From IMG/VR virus record IMGVR_UViG_3300028031_000001, positions 1-64,000 of that record: a stretch of 64,000 bases of DNA; one strand, given 5' to 3'. The stretch is from a virus (taxonomy: Duplodnaviria; Heunggongvirae; Uroviricota; Caudoviricetes). The notes beneath the pieces were generated by a model. The model saw nothing but the letters and a program-made list of their open reading frames with translations, was not told where the DNA came from and did not search any database. The translations under genes were made by a program, and so were the position numbers. The number at the start of each line of letters is the position of its first letter. Positions within the stretch are counted from its first letter, which is position 1. Shown in pieces: positions 38,568 through 47,395 of this stretch.

Positions 38568-38879
38568 TTATATGTCATACCCTCTTAAATCGGAAGTAAA
38601 GTAGTTACTAGCTATTGTACGCAACTCATAACTAACTTCATGAGGTTTAAGTTCAACTATCTCGCCTAGCAAATTTATAAAAACTATATGTTGGTTTGCT
38701 TTATCTATCCAATAACATTGTTGTTTTTGTTTTGGCTTGCTGTAGCCATTATACACTGGAGTGCCTGATTTTGTACGCCTAAGATACTTGTGTTTATATT
38801 CGTCTTCAGACAAATTATTCAAAATATCCTTAAGGGTCTTTCGATCTTTGTATTCCTTAAGCCACATTCGTTTTTTCAC
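38568..38879 (-). CDS. Hypothetical protein
   Basis: 103-aa ORF coupled to the downstream NAMPT-like gene. Confidence 0.4.
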   Translation of the reverse strand: MKKRMWLKEYKDRKTLKDILNNLSEDEYKHKYLRRTKSGTPVYNGYSKPKQKQQCYWIDKANQHIVFINLLGEIVELKPHEVSYELRTIASNYFTSDLRGYDI

Positions 38880-40327
38880 GACCCATTTAGACGTTCTCTG
38901 ATTTCGGACAGCGTGGTTATATTTTTTATTTCACTATCTAGGAAAACAGTCTGTAAAAGACCCCCCTGTTCTTCTTCCGAGGTACATTGATCTTTGATAG
39001 ACCCGTCATGCTCGACGCGAAGCAAACCCTTTGCGGATCGCTTAAGTCCATTGTCGGTCTTTGGGTCTTTGAAGATTTCGCGATGCTCACCATCAACAAT
39101 ACCATAAGTCGCTTTGACCGCAAATCCGTGCGTGTCCCGAGTCACCATTTGGTACGTAAAGCTGCCTACTCCAAATACAATATTGCTAGATGCAAAACCA
39201 GCGGCTTCTAAATTACTTAAAATCTCATCAGCACGGTCGTAAGTGATGCTGTCTCCATATATCAAACCGATATGTGGATTAAGAACTTTGTAACCCTGTT
39301 CATTGTCAGTTCCACCAAATGTATCCCAAAGACATTGAATAGTTCCCTGAGCAATAGCGGAATCATCCGATTCGTAGTCGCCACAAATTATTTTAACCGG
39401 GTCTCCCGAGTCTGGCCGAATTACCACCTTTCCATCACGAGCTAATATTTTATCCTTAAGTTGCGGTAAGAATTCTGTAATAACTTTCCAGTAGTCCCAT
39501 GAGTCAGATACGATAGATACAATCCCTTTGGGATATACATCCTCTATCAATTCTCTAAAGGTTTCAATCTCGTTATCTTTTCCTCTTAGACACATAACGG
39601 AATGCTCTGTAGCGGGAACTGACATACCTATGATTTCGCTATCGCTGTCGGCTCCGTAGTAATTCTCTAGGAAATCAATTGCGGGAATGGTATCCGTACC
39701 TAAGAAACTTAACAAATGCCCGGCACCGCTCATAGACGCGGCCTCAACACCCGGTAAACCCCTCATAGAGAAGTCGTGTGCCTGAAAGTCTACACCGTCG
39801 GTTGTTCCGGTTGTTTGTATTGCATATTTATCAAGTAGTTGGCGATATTTATCCGCAGTACTTGCGGAAGTCATGGGTAACCACAAACTTGTTGATAATA
39901 AAGTCTCTAAGTAATTAACCAACCAAGAAAAGTCCGCGTGGGTGTTGGTTATAGTAAGCATTGGAACTCTATGGTCGCATCGAGTGCCTTCCGGAAGAGC
40001 TTTGATTAGTAGGGGAAGATATCCCAAATCCCACAAAGCCGCGACATGGCTGACGCCTACAGAGTCTTCACCAAGTGCGTTATCAAGGCGGCGTTTGTAT
40101 CGGCTAACAACTTTAGCTTTATTAACGCTAAAAAAATCTTCGTCAAACTGTTTCATTAAGTATTCTAAAATAAAATACTGAATGCCAAATACGACCGTGT
40201 AATCCATTCCGGAATAAGGCCCGCCGCGAGGCGTTAAATTTGAATAAATTTTAGTTGTCTTAGCCGGATACTGCTGAATATGTCCAACCTTATAAAAATC
40301 GGTTAAATGTATAGGGTGTAATTTCAT
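38876..40327 (-). CDS. Nicotinamide phosphoribosyltransferase-like protein (NadV/NAMPT family; an alternative reading is Namat of NARP1)
   Basis: 483 aa. NAMPT-family features run across the whole length (the Tyr-rich N-terminus FYKVGH, GTDT, SDSWDYW, GVGSF). Confidence 0.75.
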   Translation of the reverse strand: MKLHPIHLTDFYKVGHIQQYPAKTTKIYSNLTPRGGPYSGMDYTVVFGIQYFILEYLMKQFDEDFFSVNKAKVVSRYKRRLDNALGEDSVGVSHVAALWDLGYLPLLIKALPEGTRCDHRVPMLTITNTHADFSWLVNYLETLLSTSLWLPMTSASTADKYRQLLDKYAIQTTGTTDGVDFQAHDFSMRGLPGVEAASMSGAGHLLSFLGTDTIPAIDFLENYYGADSDSEIIGMSVPATEHSVMCLRGKDNEIETFRELIEDVYPKGIVSIVSDSWDYWKVITEFLPQLKDKILARDGKVVIRPDSGDPVKIICGDYESDDSAIAQGTIQCLWDTFGGTDNEQGYKVLNPHIGLIYGDSITYDRADEILSNLEAAGFASSNIVFGVGSFTYQMVTRDTHGFAVKATYGIVDGEHREIFKDPKTDNGLKRSAKGLLRVEHDGSIKDQCTSEEEQGGLLQTVFLDSEIKNITTLSEIRERLNGS

Positions 40328-41085
40328 AATACTCTTCCTTTTGGTGTGTAAATTTCGTCTATCAATCCATCAAAAACTTTAAAACCTTTTGTGAAAAAAC
40401 CATGCGATACACAAAGTATTATTTTTTTCGCACCATGCTTGCGCAACTTCTTTGCTATCTCTATGAAGGTTCTTCCTCCATCACAGATATCATCCACTAT
40501 AACGCAGGTTTTGTCAAGAACTTTTTCATAATCATGTACTATGGTTTTTAAAATTTTGCCCGTTGCCAACTGCCTAACTTTGGAGCAGTGGACTAGCCCG
40601 CCAATATTTTCAGAATGTACTTCTGCAAGTTTCTCCGACTTGTGAATGGCTCCAGCGTCTGGAGCAACAATAATCCACCCCTTTTCTAGACACGATAATG
40701 CTCCGAAAAAATTTGCGAACTGCGGAATTGATATGCAGTTATTAATTAATGCTGAAGTAACTGGCGAATGGGGGTCGAGAATTTGTACCCTTGAAAATTC
40801 GAGATTATTTACCAGATCAGTAAAAACTTTGATGGACAAAGACTCGCCCTTAGTCATTACGCGGTCTTGCCTACTAAAGGGCACATAATGCATTATCAAC
40901 AAACCAAGACTCAAATTGCAGCGTTTGATGGCGTCACAAACCAATAGAAGGTCTATAATACTGTCAGAACCATCGAACTCAAATCTAACATTAATAATTT
41001 CGCTCGTAATATTACTAACTTTTACATTCCTCTCTCCACATGGAAAGGAAAAAAATCTTACGTCCGCACCTGTTAATCTTATCAT
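40324..41085 (-). CDS. Ribose-phosphate pyrophosphokinase-like protein (Prs family; an alternative reading is ADP-ribose pyrophosphate synthetase Adps of NARP1)
   Basis: PRPP-binding motif VIVDDICDGGRTF. At 253 aa it is shorter than canonical Prs of about 315 aa. The gene is translationally coupled to the NAMPT-like gene. Confidence 0.65.
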   Translation of the reverse strand: MIRLTGADVRFFSFPCGERNVKVSNITSEIINVRFEFDGSDSIIDLLLVCDAIKRCNLSLGLLIMHYVPFSRQDRVMTKGESLSIKVFTDLVNNLEFSRVQILDPHSPVTSALINNCISIPQFANFFGALSCLEKGWIIVAPDAGAIHKSEKLAEVHSENIGGLVHCSKVRQLATGKILKTIVHDYEKVLDKTCVIVDDICDGGRTFIEIAKKLRKHGAKKIILCVSHGFFTKGFKVFDGLIDEIYTPKGRVL

Positions 41086-41199
41086 TTTTGCACCCTCTTT
41101 ACCCTACACCCATATGTATTTTTCAATTAACAAGTTAGGGTATGTTATGTGATCCGAATGCTTATCTGGTAATGCCGCATCACATACCCTCATTGCTAC

Positions 41200-41604
41200 T
41201 TAATCTTCCTTTTGTGTGGTACAGAAGGCATCTAAAGCTCCGGAATCACCCTGTGCGTTCAATAGTAGTTGTCCAGAGTTCTTTACGTTATTAGCTGCAA
41301 TTTCGCAAGCGGTTAAATTTCCAAAAGTAATCACCGCACTTTCGTAATTGCTGTTAGCAATTGCCAGTATGTTTAGATTATGCTTGCTTGTTTTGTCGCC
41401 AGTAGATTTTTTATCAGTCTTGTACGTGTGACAACCACCCAAAATCCTACTATGGTTTGAATTTTCAGATACAAACTGGGATACTCGCTTTATTGCGCGT
41501 TGCTCCAAAACTACTGTACCCAAACACAAATCATCTTTAATCTTCTGATGACTAATGTTAAACTGTCCACTTACTAACGCGATTATTATCAATATTTGTG
41601 TCAT
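41200..41604 (-). CDS. Secreted protein
   Basis: Signal peptide MTQILIIIALVSGQ. Confidence 0.45.
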   Translation of the reverse strand: MTQILIIIALVSGQFNISHQKIKDDLCLGTVVLEQRAIKRVSQFVSENSNHSRILGGCHTYKTDKKSTGDKTSKHNLNILAIANSNYESAVITFGNLTACEIAANNVKNSGQLLLNAQGDSGALDAFCTTQKED

Positions 41605-41647
41605 TCTACTCTCCTCGTTGTGGGCAGAATTGCCCGGTACTTAAAAT

Positions 41648-41974
41648 TTACTTTCTTGTGAAGGGCTCTTTAACCCAACCGCGAATGTAATTCTCTTTAA
41701 TAAATCCGCTACCCATTATTTTCTTTTTGTCAGCAGCAGCTTTCTTGAACTCATCTGTTTCAAGAAAAATAAAATTTTGTTTGGATTTTTTAACTTCGGA
41801 TTTAGGCTTACCCGAGAAAAGCTTAAAACTGTCCAGTAAACCGGATAGATCGCTTTGCACGATATTAACTATATCTTTTCTGCTTGCCTTGCGTTTATTT
41901 GTCTTTCCATCCAGAAAGTTCGCAATAAGACTTCGCTGTTCATCTGATAAATCTATTTGTATGTTTATCTTCAT
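41648..41974 (-). CDS. Hypothetical basic protein
   Basis: 108-aa ORF. Confidence 0.4.
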   Translation of the reverse strand: MKINIQIDLSDEQRSLIANFLDGKTNKRKASRKDIVNIVQSDLSGLLDSFKLFSGKPKSEVKKSKQNFIFLETDEFKKAAADKKKIMGSGFIKENYIRGWVKEPFTRK

Positions 41975-42001
41975 ATTTTGTATTTCTTTTGATTATTTGT
42001 A

Positions 42002-42490
42002 TTACAGTACCAGACTCCTGAGACTATGTCCAACGCTATTTTTAATCTCTCCACTCTTTTCATCTTTCTTTTTGTTGTAAGCGTCTAAAAGTTCTTTCGT
42101 GACAGCCTCCGCCTCATCTAAAGAATCTCTAATTGCAGTAAAGGCTTCTATCATATAGTTTAATTTTTTAAGCCTTTGTTGTTTGCTTTTGCTACCGGCT
42201 TCGAAACAGTAATCCAATTCTATTTGTCTGCTACAGTCTCGAATTGTAATATAAGATTCGACATCACCATAAGATGTTGCCATTACAGCCCAACTTATAG
42301 CTCCAGTATCTCGATGTCTAGGGGGATTTAACCACCTCCTGCCGCTAGCTATAATCTTATCTGTCATTACCAATCTCCATGAAATATTATAAGAAATAAG
42401 GTGAATATAAATGACTGCCAAAACTCCGGTTCCCAAATATACCAACCAATCGCCTGACCTAACTCTAAAAGTATATGAACAATTAACCAT
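42002..42490 (-). CDS. Membrane-anchored protein
   Basis: N-terminal TM helix (LVYLGTGVLAVIYIHLI). Confidence 0.45.
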   Translation of the reverse strand: MVNCSYTFRVRSGDWLVYLGTGVLAVIYIHLISYNISWRLVMTDKIIASGRRWLNPPRHRDTGAISWAVMATSYGDVESYITIRDCSRQIELDYCFEAGSKSKQQRLKKLNYMIEAFTAIRDSLDEAEAVTKELLDAYNKKKDEKSGEIKNSVGHSLRSLVL

Positions 42491-42505
42491 AAATAAATCA
42501 TAATG

Positions 42506-42799
42506 TCAACCTATTTCTCGCCTTTTCCTAGCTTTAATAATTATTTCGTTCCTATATGCATTAATTATATTTATCATACCGGTGTGATAAAATTTCCAAT
42601 ATTTTGTATCATTTATATGACTAACAACGGCCCTTAAAGATTTTGATCGTTTTAGAATTTGCTCTAAAGTGTCTTGAGCTTCGGAATCCAAATTAAGATC
42701 GCCGTTATTCCTCATTTTAGTCATACAAGATCGCATAGTGACTCTAATTCTTCTACTTTTTTTAGCCTTGCTTGGTCTTTTTTTTACACTAGTGACCAT
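42506..42799 (-). CDS. Hypothetical basic protein
   Basis: 97-aa ORF. Confidence 0.35.
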   Translation of the reverse strand: MVTSVKKRPSKAKKSRRIRVTMRSCMTKMRNNGDLNLDSEAQDTLEQILKRSKSLRAVVSHINDTKYWKFYHTGMINIINAYRNEIIIKARKRREIG

Positions 42800-43266
42800 G
42801 ACACACCTCCGTCTGCAAGCTTTGTTTTTTTAACTTTTCTCATTAGGGATAATTCTTTCATTCTCAAAACCCCATCAAACGGAAAAAAATTCTCTATTTC
42901 TGATTCTAAAATTGGTTTGTTCGGAATAGCTGATTCCGTAACAACCATTGATTTTAGAACAATCTCTCTCTCTTTTTCCCCAACACGCTCTTTAGCCTCA
43001 AAATATTCTTGTTTCTGGGCCTTGTCAGCACTTTGGGGGGGGTTTCCAGAGTCAGCGGTGGCTTTGTCTATCTTTAGAATAACCTGCTCCAGACTGGCTA
43101 CAGTTTCTTGTAGTAAGTTTATTTCGTTTATACATCTAGAAACTAAGCTCGAAATTACCATTATTGCCGGAGAATTAACCGAATCTTTGTTATTGCCAAA
43201 TAAACTAAGTAGGCTGTGCATCTCCCCAATAAGGGTATGAATTCTCCCTTCCTGCTTTTTATCCAT
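42784..43266 (-). CDS. Hypothetical protein
   Basis: 160-aa ORF. Confidence 0.45.
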   Translation of the reverse strand: MDKKQEGRIHTLIGEMHSLLSLFGNNKDSVNSPAIMVISSLVSRCINEINLLQETVASLEQVILKIDKATADSGNPPQSADKAQKQEYFEAKERVGEKEREIVLKSMVVTESAIPNKPILESEIENFFPFDGVLRMKELSLMRKVKKTKLADGGVSWSLV

Positions 43267-43267
43267 A

Positions 43268-43549
43268 CTATTTTATCTCAAAAGATAACTTAGGAACTAA
43301 AACGCTTAGTTCGTGCTTTATACTTTTCATTATACCAATAGCCTCTTCCATCCCAACTACTTTGGACGTTCTAAGCATTCGATCAGCAAGGGCGTTTACC
43401 GTGCCTTCAAATGTGGGATAATAACCGACGGGCGTCCAAGTAACCTTTAGTTCACCAGTTTTTTTATTCCTATAAGCCTTTGAGTTTTTCAAAATCCATT
43501 GGTGTTCGTCCGTTTCGATTCTGTAATCTTCGTTTATTGGTATAATCAT
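43268..43549 (-). CDS. Hypothetical protein
   Basis: 93-aa ORF. Confidence 0.4.
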   Translation of the reverse strand: MIIPINEDYRIETDEHQWILKNSKAYRNKKTGELKVTWTPVGYYPTFEGTVNALADRMLRTSKVVGMEEAIGIMKSIKHELSVLVPKLSFEIK

Positions 43550-43558
43550 AATATTCTC

Positions 43559-43798
43559 CTAATGAAGGCAGTTTGTAATTCCGTAAAAATACCAGCCGCT
43601 GTATTTGTACGGGGGAATTGTGAATGTTGAGGTATATCCATTTTCAAATATTATCTGGCATCTATGCCAGTGGCTTGAGCCGTTATATATTCTAAATATC
43701 GATTGGCCATATCTGTTTATATCATATTGAGTGGTTAATCCGTCCGCACTAAAAGTTGTGCATAATAGTAGAATAACAATTAGTAAGAGTGTTTTCAT
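43559..43798 (-). CDS. Outer-membrane lipoprotein, o-spanin-like
   Basis: Signal peptide with lipobox LLLC-T. It is small (79 aa) and lies directly downstream of an i-spanin-like gene. Confidence 0.5.
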   Translation of the reverse strand: MKTLLLIVILLLCTTFSADGLTTQYDINRYGQSIFRIYNGSSHWHRCQIIFENGYTSTFTIPPYKYSGWYFYGITNCLH

Positions 43799-44103
43799 TC
43801 TGGGCCAATCCCCATTATAGACTCTCTAGCTTGTTTATAACTTGTGACTCTAAATTTGGCATCGTCATACATAGTGTTTTCCCAACCTTGTAAAGTATTG
43901 CCATCGCGAATTTTTTCTTCCCAAGCTCTAATATTATCAGAATCAATCTGGAGTCTAATTTCTATAAAAGCTAATCTACTTTGTTCTGAATCCCTATTGG
44001 TCTGTTCTATAGTCTGAAACGTTAGATACATCCACGTAACCATCCCAGCAACCATAGCTATTAAAGTTCCTAAAGAAACTGGGTCGAATTCAAATTTTTT
44101 CAA
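43795..44103 (-). CDS. i-spanin-like inner-membrane protein
   Basis: N-terminal TM helix (LGTLIAMVAGMVTWMYL) followed by a periplasmic helical domain. Its stop overlaps the start of the lipoprotein gene. Confidence 0.5.
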   Translation of the reverse strand: MKKFEFDPVSLGTLIAMVAGMVTWMYLTFQTIEQTNRDSEQSRLAFIEIRLQIDSDNIRAWEEKIRDGNTLQGWENTMYDDAKFRVTSYKQARESIMGIGPE

Positions 44104-44795
44104 AATCTAAACTCTATCTTTGCAGACACACTGGTTAGGTTTTTCGTGTTTCTCTGGAGCCAGCAGCAACCGTTGTCCAGTCCCGCTGTCGGCCCATTGT
44201 ATGCGTCCAAATCTTCCCCCAAGCGCAAGTGCCTGACGGTTAACGACGCGCCTATATATTCTTTTAATTCCCATAACAAACCTAACCTTGCCCCATAGCC
44301 TTTGCTTAAACTATATCGGGCGTTTTCAAATGACACGTTACCCCACGGATCGAGTGGTAACCTAAAATCCTGCCGTCTGTGTACCAAGTCAAGAGTATCT
44401 ACCACGGCTTCCAACTCTTGTCTCCTATGACCGCTTGTATCCAGATCGGGCCAATATACCCCTACATCAGCAAGTACCTTCCAATGCTTTGTAATCTCAA
44501 ATTGCCCACCGACAAACGCACCGAGCATATTCATATTTCCCAAACCTTGACCTTGCAATGTTACTTTTGGGTCTTCGTAAGAAACTCCAACATACGCGTT
44601 ATCGAAATGTATTCGACCTTCGTAAATGGCTGTTGGGTGAACAGAGGTATCGTCATACGATGCGTATCCGGTGGCCAACACGTACTCAACCGCTGATGCG
44701 GAAAGCGTCAAAAAAAGTGATGCGCCTATAGCGACAAATGCCAATATAAGCGATAGGTAAAACGTTTTTACTGGGTTAAGTTTGTTTGTATTCAT
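44100..44795 (-). CDS. Putative outer-membrane beta-barrel protein (MipA/OmpV-like)
   Basis: Signal peptide, alternating hydrophobic beta-strand pattern and a C-terminal ...KIEFRF ending in Phe. Confidence 0.45.
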   Translation of the reverse strand: MNTNKLNPVKTFYLSLILAFVAIGASLFLTLSASAVEYVLATGYASYDDTSVHPTAIYEGRIHFDNAYVGVSYEDPKVTLQGQGLGNMNMLGAFVGGQFEITKHWKVLADVGVYWPDLDTSGHRRQELEAVVDTLDLVHRRQDFRLPLDPWGNVSFENARYSLSKGYGARLGLLWELKEYIGASLTVRHLRLGEDLDAYNGPTAGLDNGCCWLQRNTKNLTSVSAKIEFRF

Positions 44796-45108
44796 AATTC
44801 TCTCCCTTCTCCGTTACATCGTTTACAAAGTATATAGTTTTTTTCATTTTTAGCTGAGACCGTATGATTAAAAGGGTCTCTAGAAAGTCCGCTACCTTTG
44901 CACAAATAGCAATGCGGTCTTTTCTTCGAGTTCATTACCCACTCGCTAATTTGTTTTTCAGTTATTATATTACACCCGGAATTATATAGTGATCGGGTCT
45001 AGAAAGTAATGCTGATGGGGCGCACCACCAATAAGATATTTCTGGGGAAAAAAATGTTATACAGAAAAATATTATCACAGTAACCCAAGTAAAAAACATA
45101 AATTTCTC

Positions 45109-45627
45109 CTATCCTAATTCCATCAACTTCTTAATTTGTTCTAATTTAAAATTTACATTAGAAGTGTGTTGGCAAAATTGTACGCCAATACCTCCGCGAT
45201 TTGTCCATTCATCTAATACGGACTGCCTGTCGTCTATAAGGATCGCTGCGGGCTGGGCAAAAGCTCCCTTACCTACCGTATTCATACAGAATGCCATAGG
45301 TATATCTCGAATACCTTGAGCTGCTAACCAATCAATCTTTTGTATGGCAATCTCGTTGTGGTATCTGCCGCCACCAGTGCTGGTCATAATACACGGATTA
45401 TAGCCCAATTCTTTGACGTCGAAAAATAATTGTATACCAGTTTTAACCGGCTCAAGGGTAGAAAAAAAACGGTTAGAGTGTACGTCCCTATTCCAATAAG
45501 CTTCTGCGATGTCTGGATCGTTTATAAGCTGTTCCACATTACTTAGACCGCTGACGCCATACCATTCCAAAAATGCTTTGTCAAAGTTCGCCAAAACTCC
45601 ATCCATATCAAAATATAAGTGCTTCAT
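45109..45627 (-). CDS. HAD-family 5'(3')-deoxyribonucleotidase
   Basis: N-terminal MKHLYFDMDGVLANFDKAF (DxDGVL motif I of the NT5C family). Confidence 0.75.
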   Translation of the reverse strand: MKHLYFDMDGVLANFDKAFLEWYGVSGLSNVEQLINDPDIAEAYWNRDVHSNRFFSTLEPVKTGIQLFFDVKELGYNPCIMTSTGGGRYHNEIAIQKIDWLAAQGIRDIPMAFCMNTVGKGAFAQPAAILIDDRQSVLDEWTNRGGIGVQFCQHTSNVNFKLEQIKKLMELG

Positions 45628-45631
45628 ATGC

Positions 45632-45916
45632 TTACTCCTGCCCGTATCTGTATCTTATTGCTCTTGCTTTTTTTATGTATTCGTACGCAGGTACGAACCT
45701 GCAAACCCCATCCTTTTGGAATTCACAATCTTTGATTACTTTTATTCGAATTGGTTCAACAGAAATTTGTTCACACTTTCGTTCTAAAAGTGTAAACGCC
45801 TCAGTTATAGTATTGTTTTTATCTGCTTTAGTGAAATTTACAACTGTGCCGATTGATATCACTATTAGCAATATAATCTCTAAATAATGAAGGGTTTTGT
45901 TTCTGGGTGTATTCAT
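45632..45916 (-). CDS. Membrane-anchored or secreted small protein
   Basis: Hydrophobic N-terminus LEIILLIVISIGTVV. Confidence 0.4.
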   Translation of the reverse strand: MNTPRNKTLHYLEIILLIVISIGTVVNFTKADKNNTITEAFTLLERKCEQISVEPIRIKVIKDCEFQKDGVCRFVPAYEYIKKARAIRYRYGQE

Positions 45917-46044
45917 GCTAATAATATTCCTTATAATTTTAATTTTAAAAGCCTACCCAGCCGTTAAGCCGGGAGGGAGTAATCAACAAGACAAAGCTAT
46001 TAAGCCAGAAATTCCTTTATTTGTCAAGATTTATTTTAACCAAT

Positions 46045-46115
46045 TGGCGGGCTGACAGAGAGTCGAACTCTGCGATCCAAGTTTTGGAGGCTCTGACGTA
46101 CCCAGTACCCAACCC
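46045..46115 (-). tRNA. tRNA-like gene, anticodon undetermined
   Basis: Clean T-arm CAGAG-TTCGACT-CTCTG, a G:U-rich acceptor stem and an encoded CCA. No canonical anticodon arm could be folded by hand. Confidence 0.35.
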
Positions 46116-46120
46116 TTAAT

Positions 46121-46207
46121 TGGAGGAAGACAGAGGGTTTGAACCCCGACCGGTTACAGCCCCTATGGGTTCAAACCATATTGCCGACCACTTCAGCGGT
46201 GCCTTCC
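46121..46207 (-). tRNA. tRNA-Ser(TGA), type II
   Basis: Acceptor GGAAGGC/GTCTTCC. Anticodon stem TATGG/CCATA with loop TTTGAAC. Long variable arm and encoded CCA. Confidence 0.6.
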
Positions 46208-46921
46208 TTAACAGGTGTTGGTTGAATCTTCTTCGTCTGATGCTTTGGATAAAAAATCTTCAACAGATTCGCCGATATTTATTGTGTCGCTGCCGCTTGT
46301 GGTATATGCACTTGCGACTGCGTTATTAGATGATGAATATAAAGCCGTGGTGTTACTCAAAGACCGCATCATCACTCCACGTTGTCCGGGTTCAAAGTTA
46401 ACCTTCAAACCTTGAAATGTAGAAAATTGGGCTTGAGCCTGTAGCCCTTCACCCAAATAGGTAAATAACCAACCTTGCTTTGTCATTTGAGCGATTAGCT
46501 CATCTAGAGCGTGTTTGGTATATCCCTTACTTGCATTTTCATCACCATCCGTATGTGTGATAAATTGTACAGGTCTATCTTCAAATCTAAATTTTTGAAT
46601 AACCAATCCCATAGCGTCATAGAGTGGCGTCCACCCACCGATTCTATAGTCATCGGTTGTTAAGTCCTTAACTCTACCCGGACTTTCTTGGAAAATTCTT
46701 TCTTCCAAGTTGTCGCTCTCAAACGTATATAGGGATAGCGTCTTAGCTGTTTTAAGGATTGATGTTTTATATTCGTTGAACGTAGATACGACAGTATTAC
46801 GATGAGAATTCATCGAGCCGGAAGCGTCTAGCAGAATAACGACGTGAGGCTTTCTCGCGTTGCTTTTCGGGGTGGACGTTACGTTCAACGGGTTTGATAT
46901 GATTTCCATATCTTTCTCCAT
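46208..46921 (-). CDS. von Willebrand factor A (vWA) domain protein
   Basis: MIDAS motif in VVILLDASGSM. The overall length is typical of a vWA domain. Confidence 0.65.
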   Translation of the reverse strand: MEKDMEIISNPLNVTSTPKSNARKPHVVILLDASGSMNSHRNTVVSTFNEYKTSILKTAKTLSLYTFESDNLEERIFQESPGRVKDLTTDDYRIGGWTPLYDAMGLVIQKFRFEDRPVQFITHTDGDENASKGYTKHALDELIAQMTKQGWLFTYLGEGLQAQAQFSTFQGLKVNFEPGQRGVMMRSLSNTTALYSSSNNAVASAYTTSGSDTINIGESVEDFLSKASDEEDSTNTC

Positions 46922-46953
46922 TGATTGAATGTTTGGAAATTATACGCCTTAAA

Positions 46954-47250
46954 CTATTTGTTGTCAAGAGCCTTGTATTTCATGTTAATTCTGTAGATCG
47001 CCTGTGATTTGCACCAATCCATCCACGGTGCTCTACAATCCCCTTGGATGTGTATACCATTCTTCTGAAAAATACAACCGCCCGGACATTTTTGCCTTGC
47101 TATCTTTTGAAGTTCCATATCTTTAAATTTATCATCGTAACCTTGGAACATATTATTTCTCCAAACTGTGTTATATAACGAACAACTAATTGCCCAATTG
47201 TTCATTATATAAGACAATTGGCAGGCCCGCCTCGAATCGAACGAGGTCAT
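46954..47250 (-). CDS. Cys-rich hypothetical protein
   Basis: 98-aa ORF (CPGGCIFQKNGIHIQGDC). Confidence 0.4.
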   Translation of the reverse strand: MTSFDSRRACQLSYIMNNWAISCSLYNTVWRNNMFQGYDDKFKDMELQKIARQKCPGGCIFQKNGIHIQGDCRAPWMDWCKSQAIYRINMKYKALDNK

Positions 47251-47293
47251 GGAAGATTCAAAATCTCCTGTGTTCCCACTTCACCACGAACCT
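47219..47293 (-). tRNA. tRNA-Gln(TTG)
   Basis: T-arm CCTCG-TTCGATT-CGAGG, anticodon loop TTTTGAA, acceptor AGGTTCG/CGGGCCT and encoded CCA. Confidence 0.6.
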
Positions 47294-47299
47294 ATTGAT

Positions 47300-47386
47300 T
47301 GGAGGAGAGAGTCAGAATTGAACTGAAAACTGTGAAATTCGCACTGGTTAGCAACCGTACCCTATAACCATATAGGATCACTCTCC
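47300..47386 (-). tRNA. tRNA-like gene, possibly type II, anticodon undetermined
   Basis: T-loop TTCAATT, acceptor GGAGAGT/TCTCTCC and a D-arm, but no clean anticodon stem. Confidence 0.3.
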
Positions 47387-47395
47387 AAAATTAGT

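Noticed and set aside
38876-41085. Assigning the Prs-like/NAMPT-like pair definitively to NARP1 (Adps/Namat) rather than to classical Prs/NadV
   Set aside because: Sequence reading alone cannot separate the subfamilies, so both readings are kept in the feature calls and the finding.
42674-43240. 188-aa + strand ORF
   Set aside because: It is antisense to a continuous run of coupled minus-strand genes (42506..43266) and has a Ser/Phe-rich low-complexity translation. It is treated as spurious.
45960-46035. Hairpin CCCGGC-ttaacg-GCTGGG on the minus strand downstream of the tRNA array, as a possible terminator
   Set aside because: The stem contains a G:T pair and the T-run is short and displaced by 5 nt. 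It is too weak to call.
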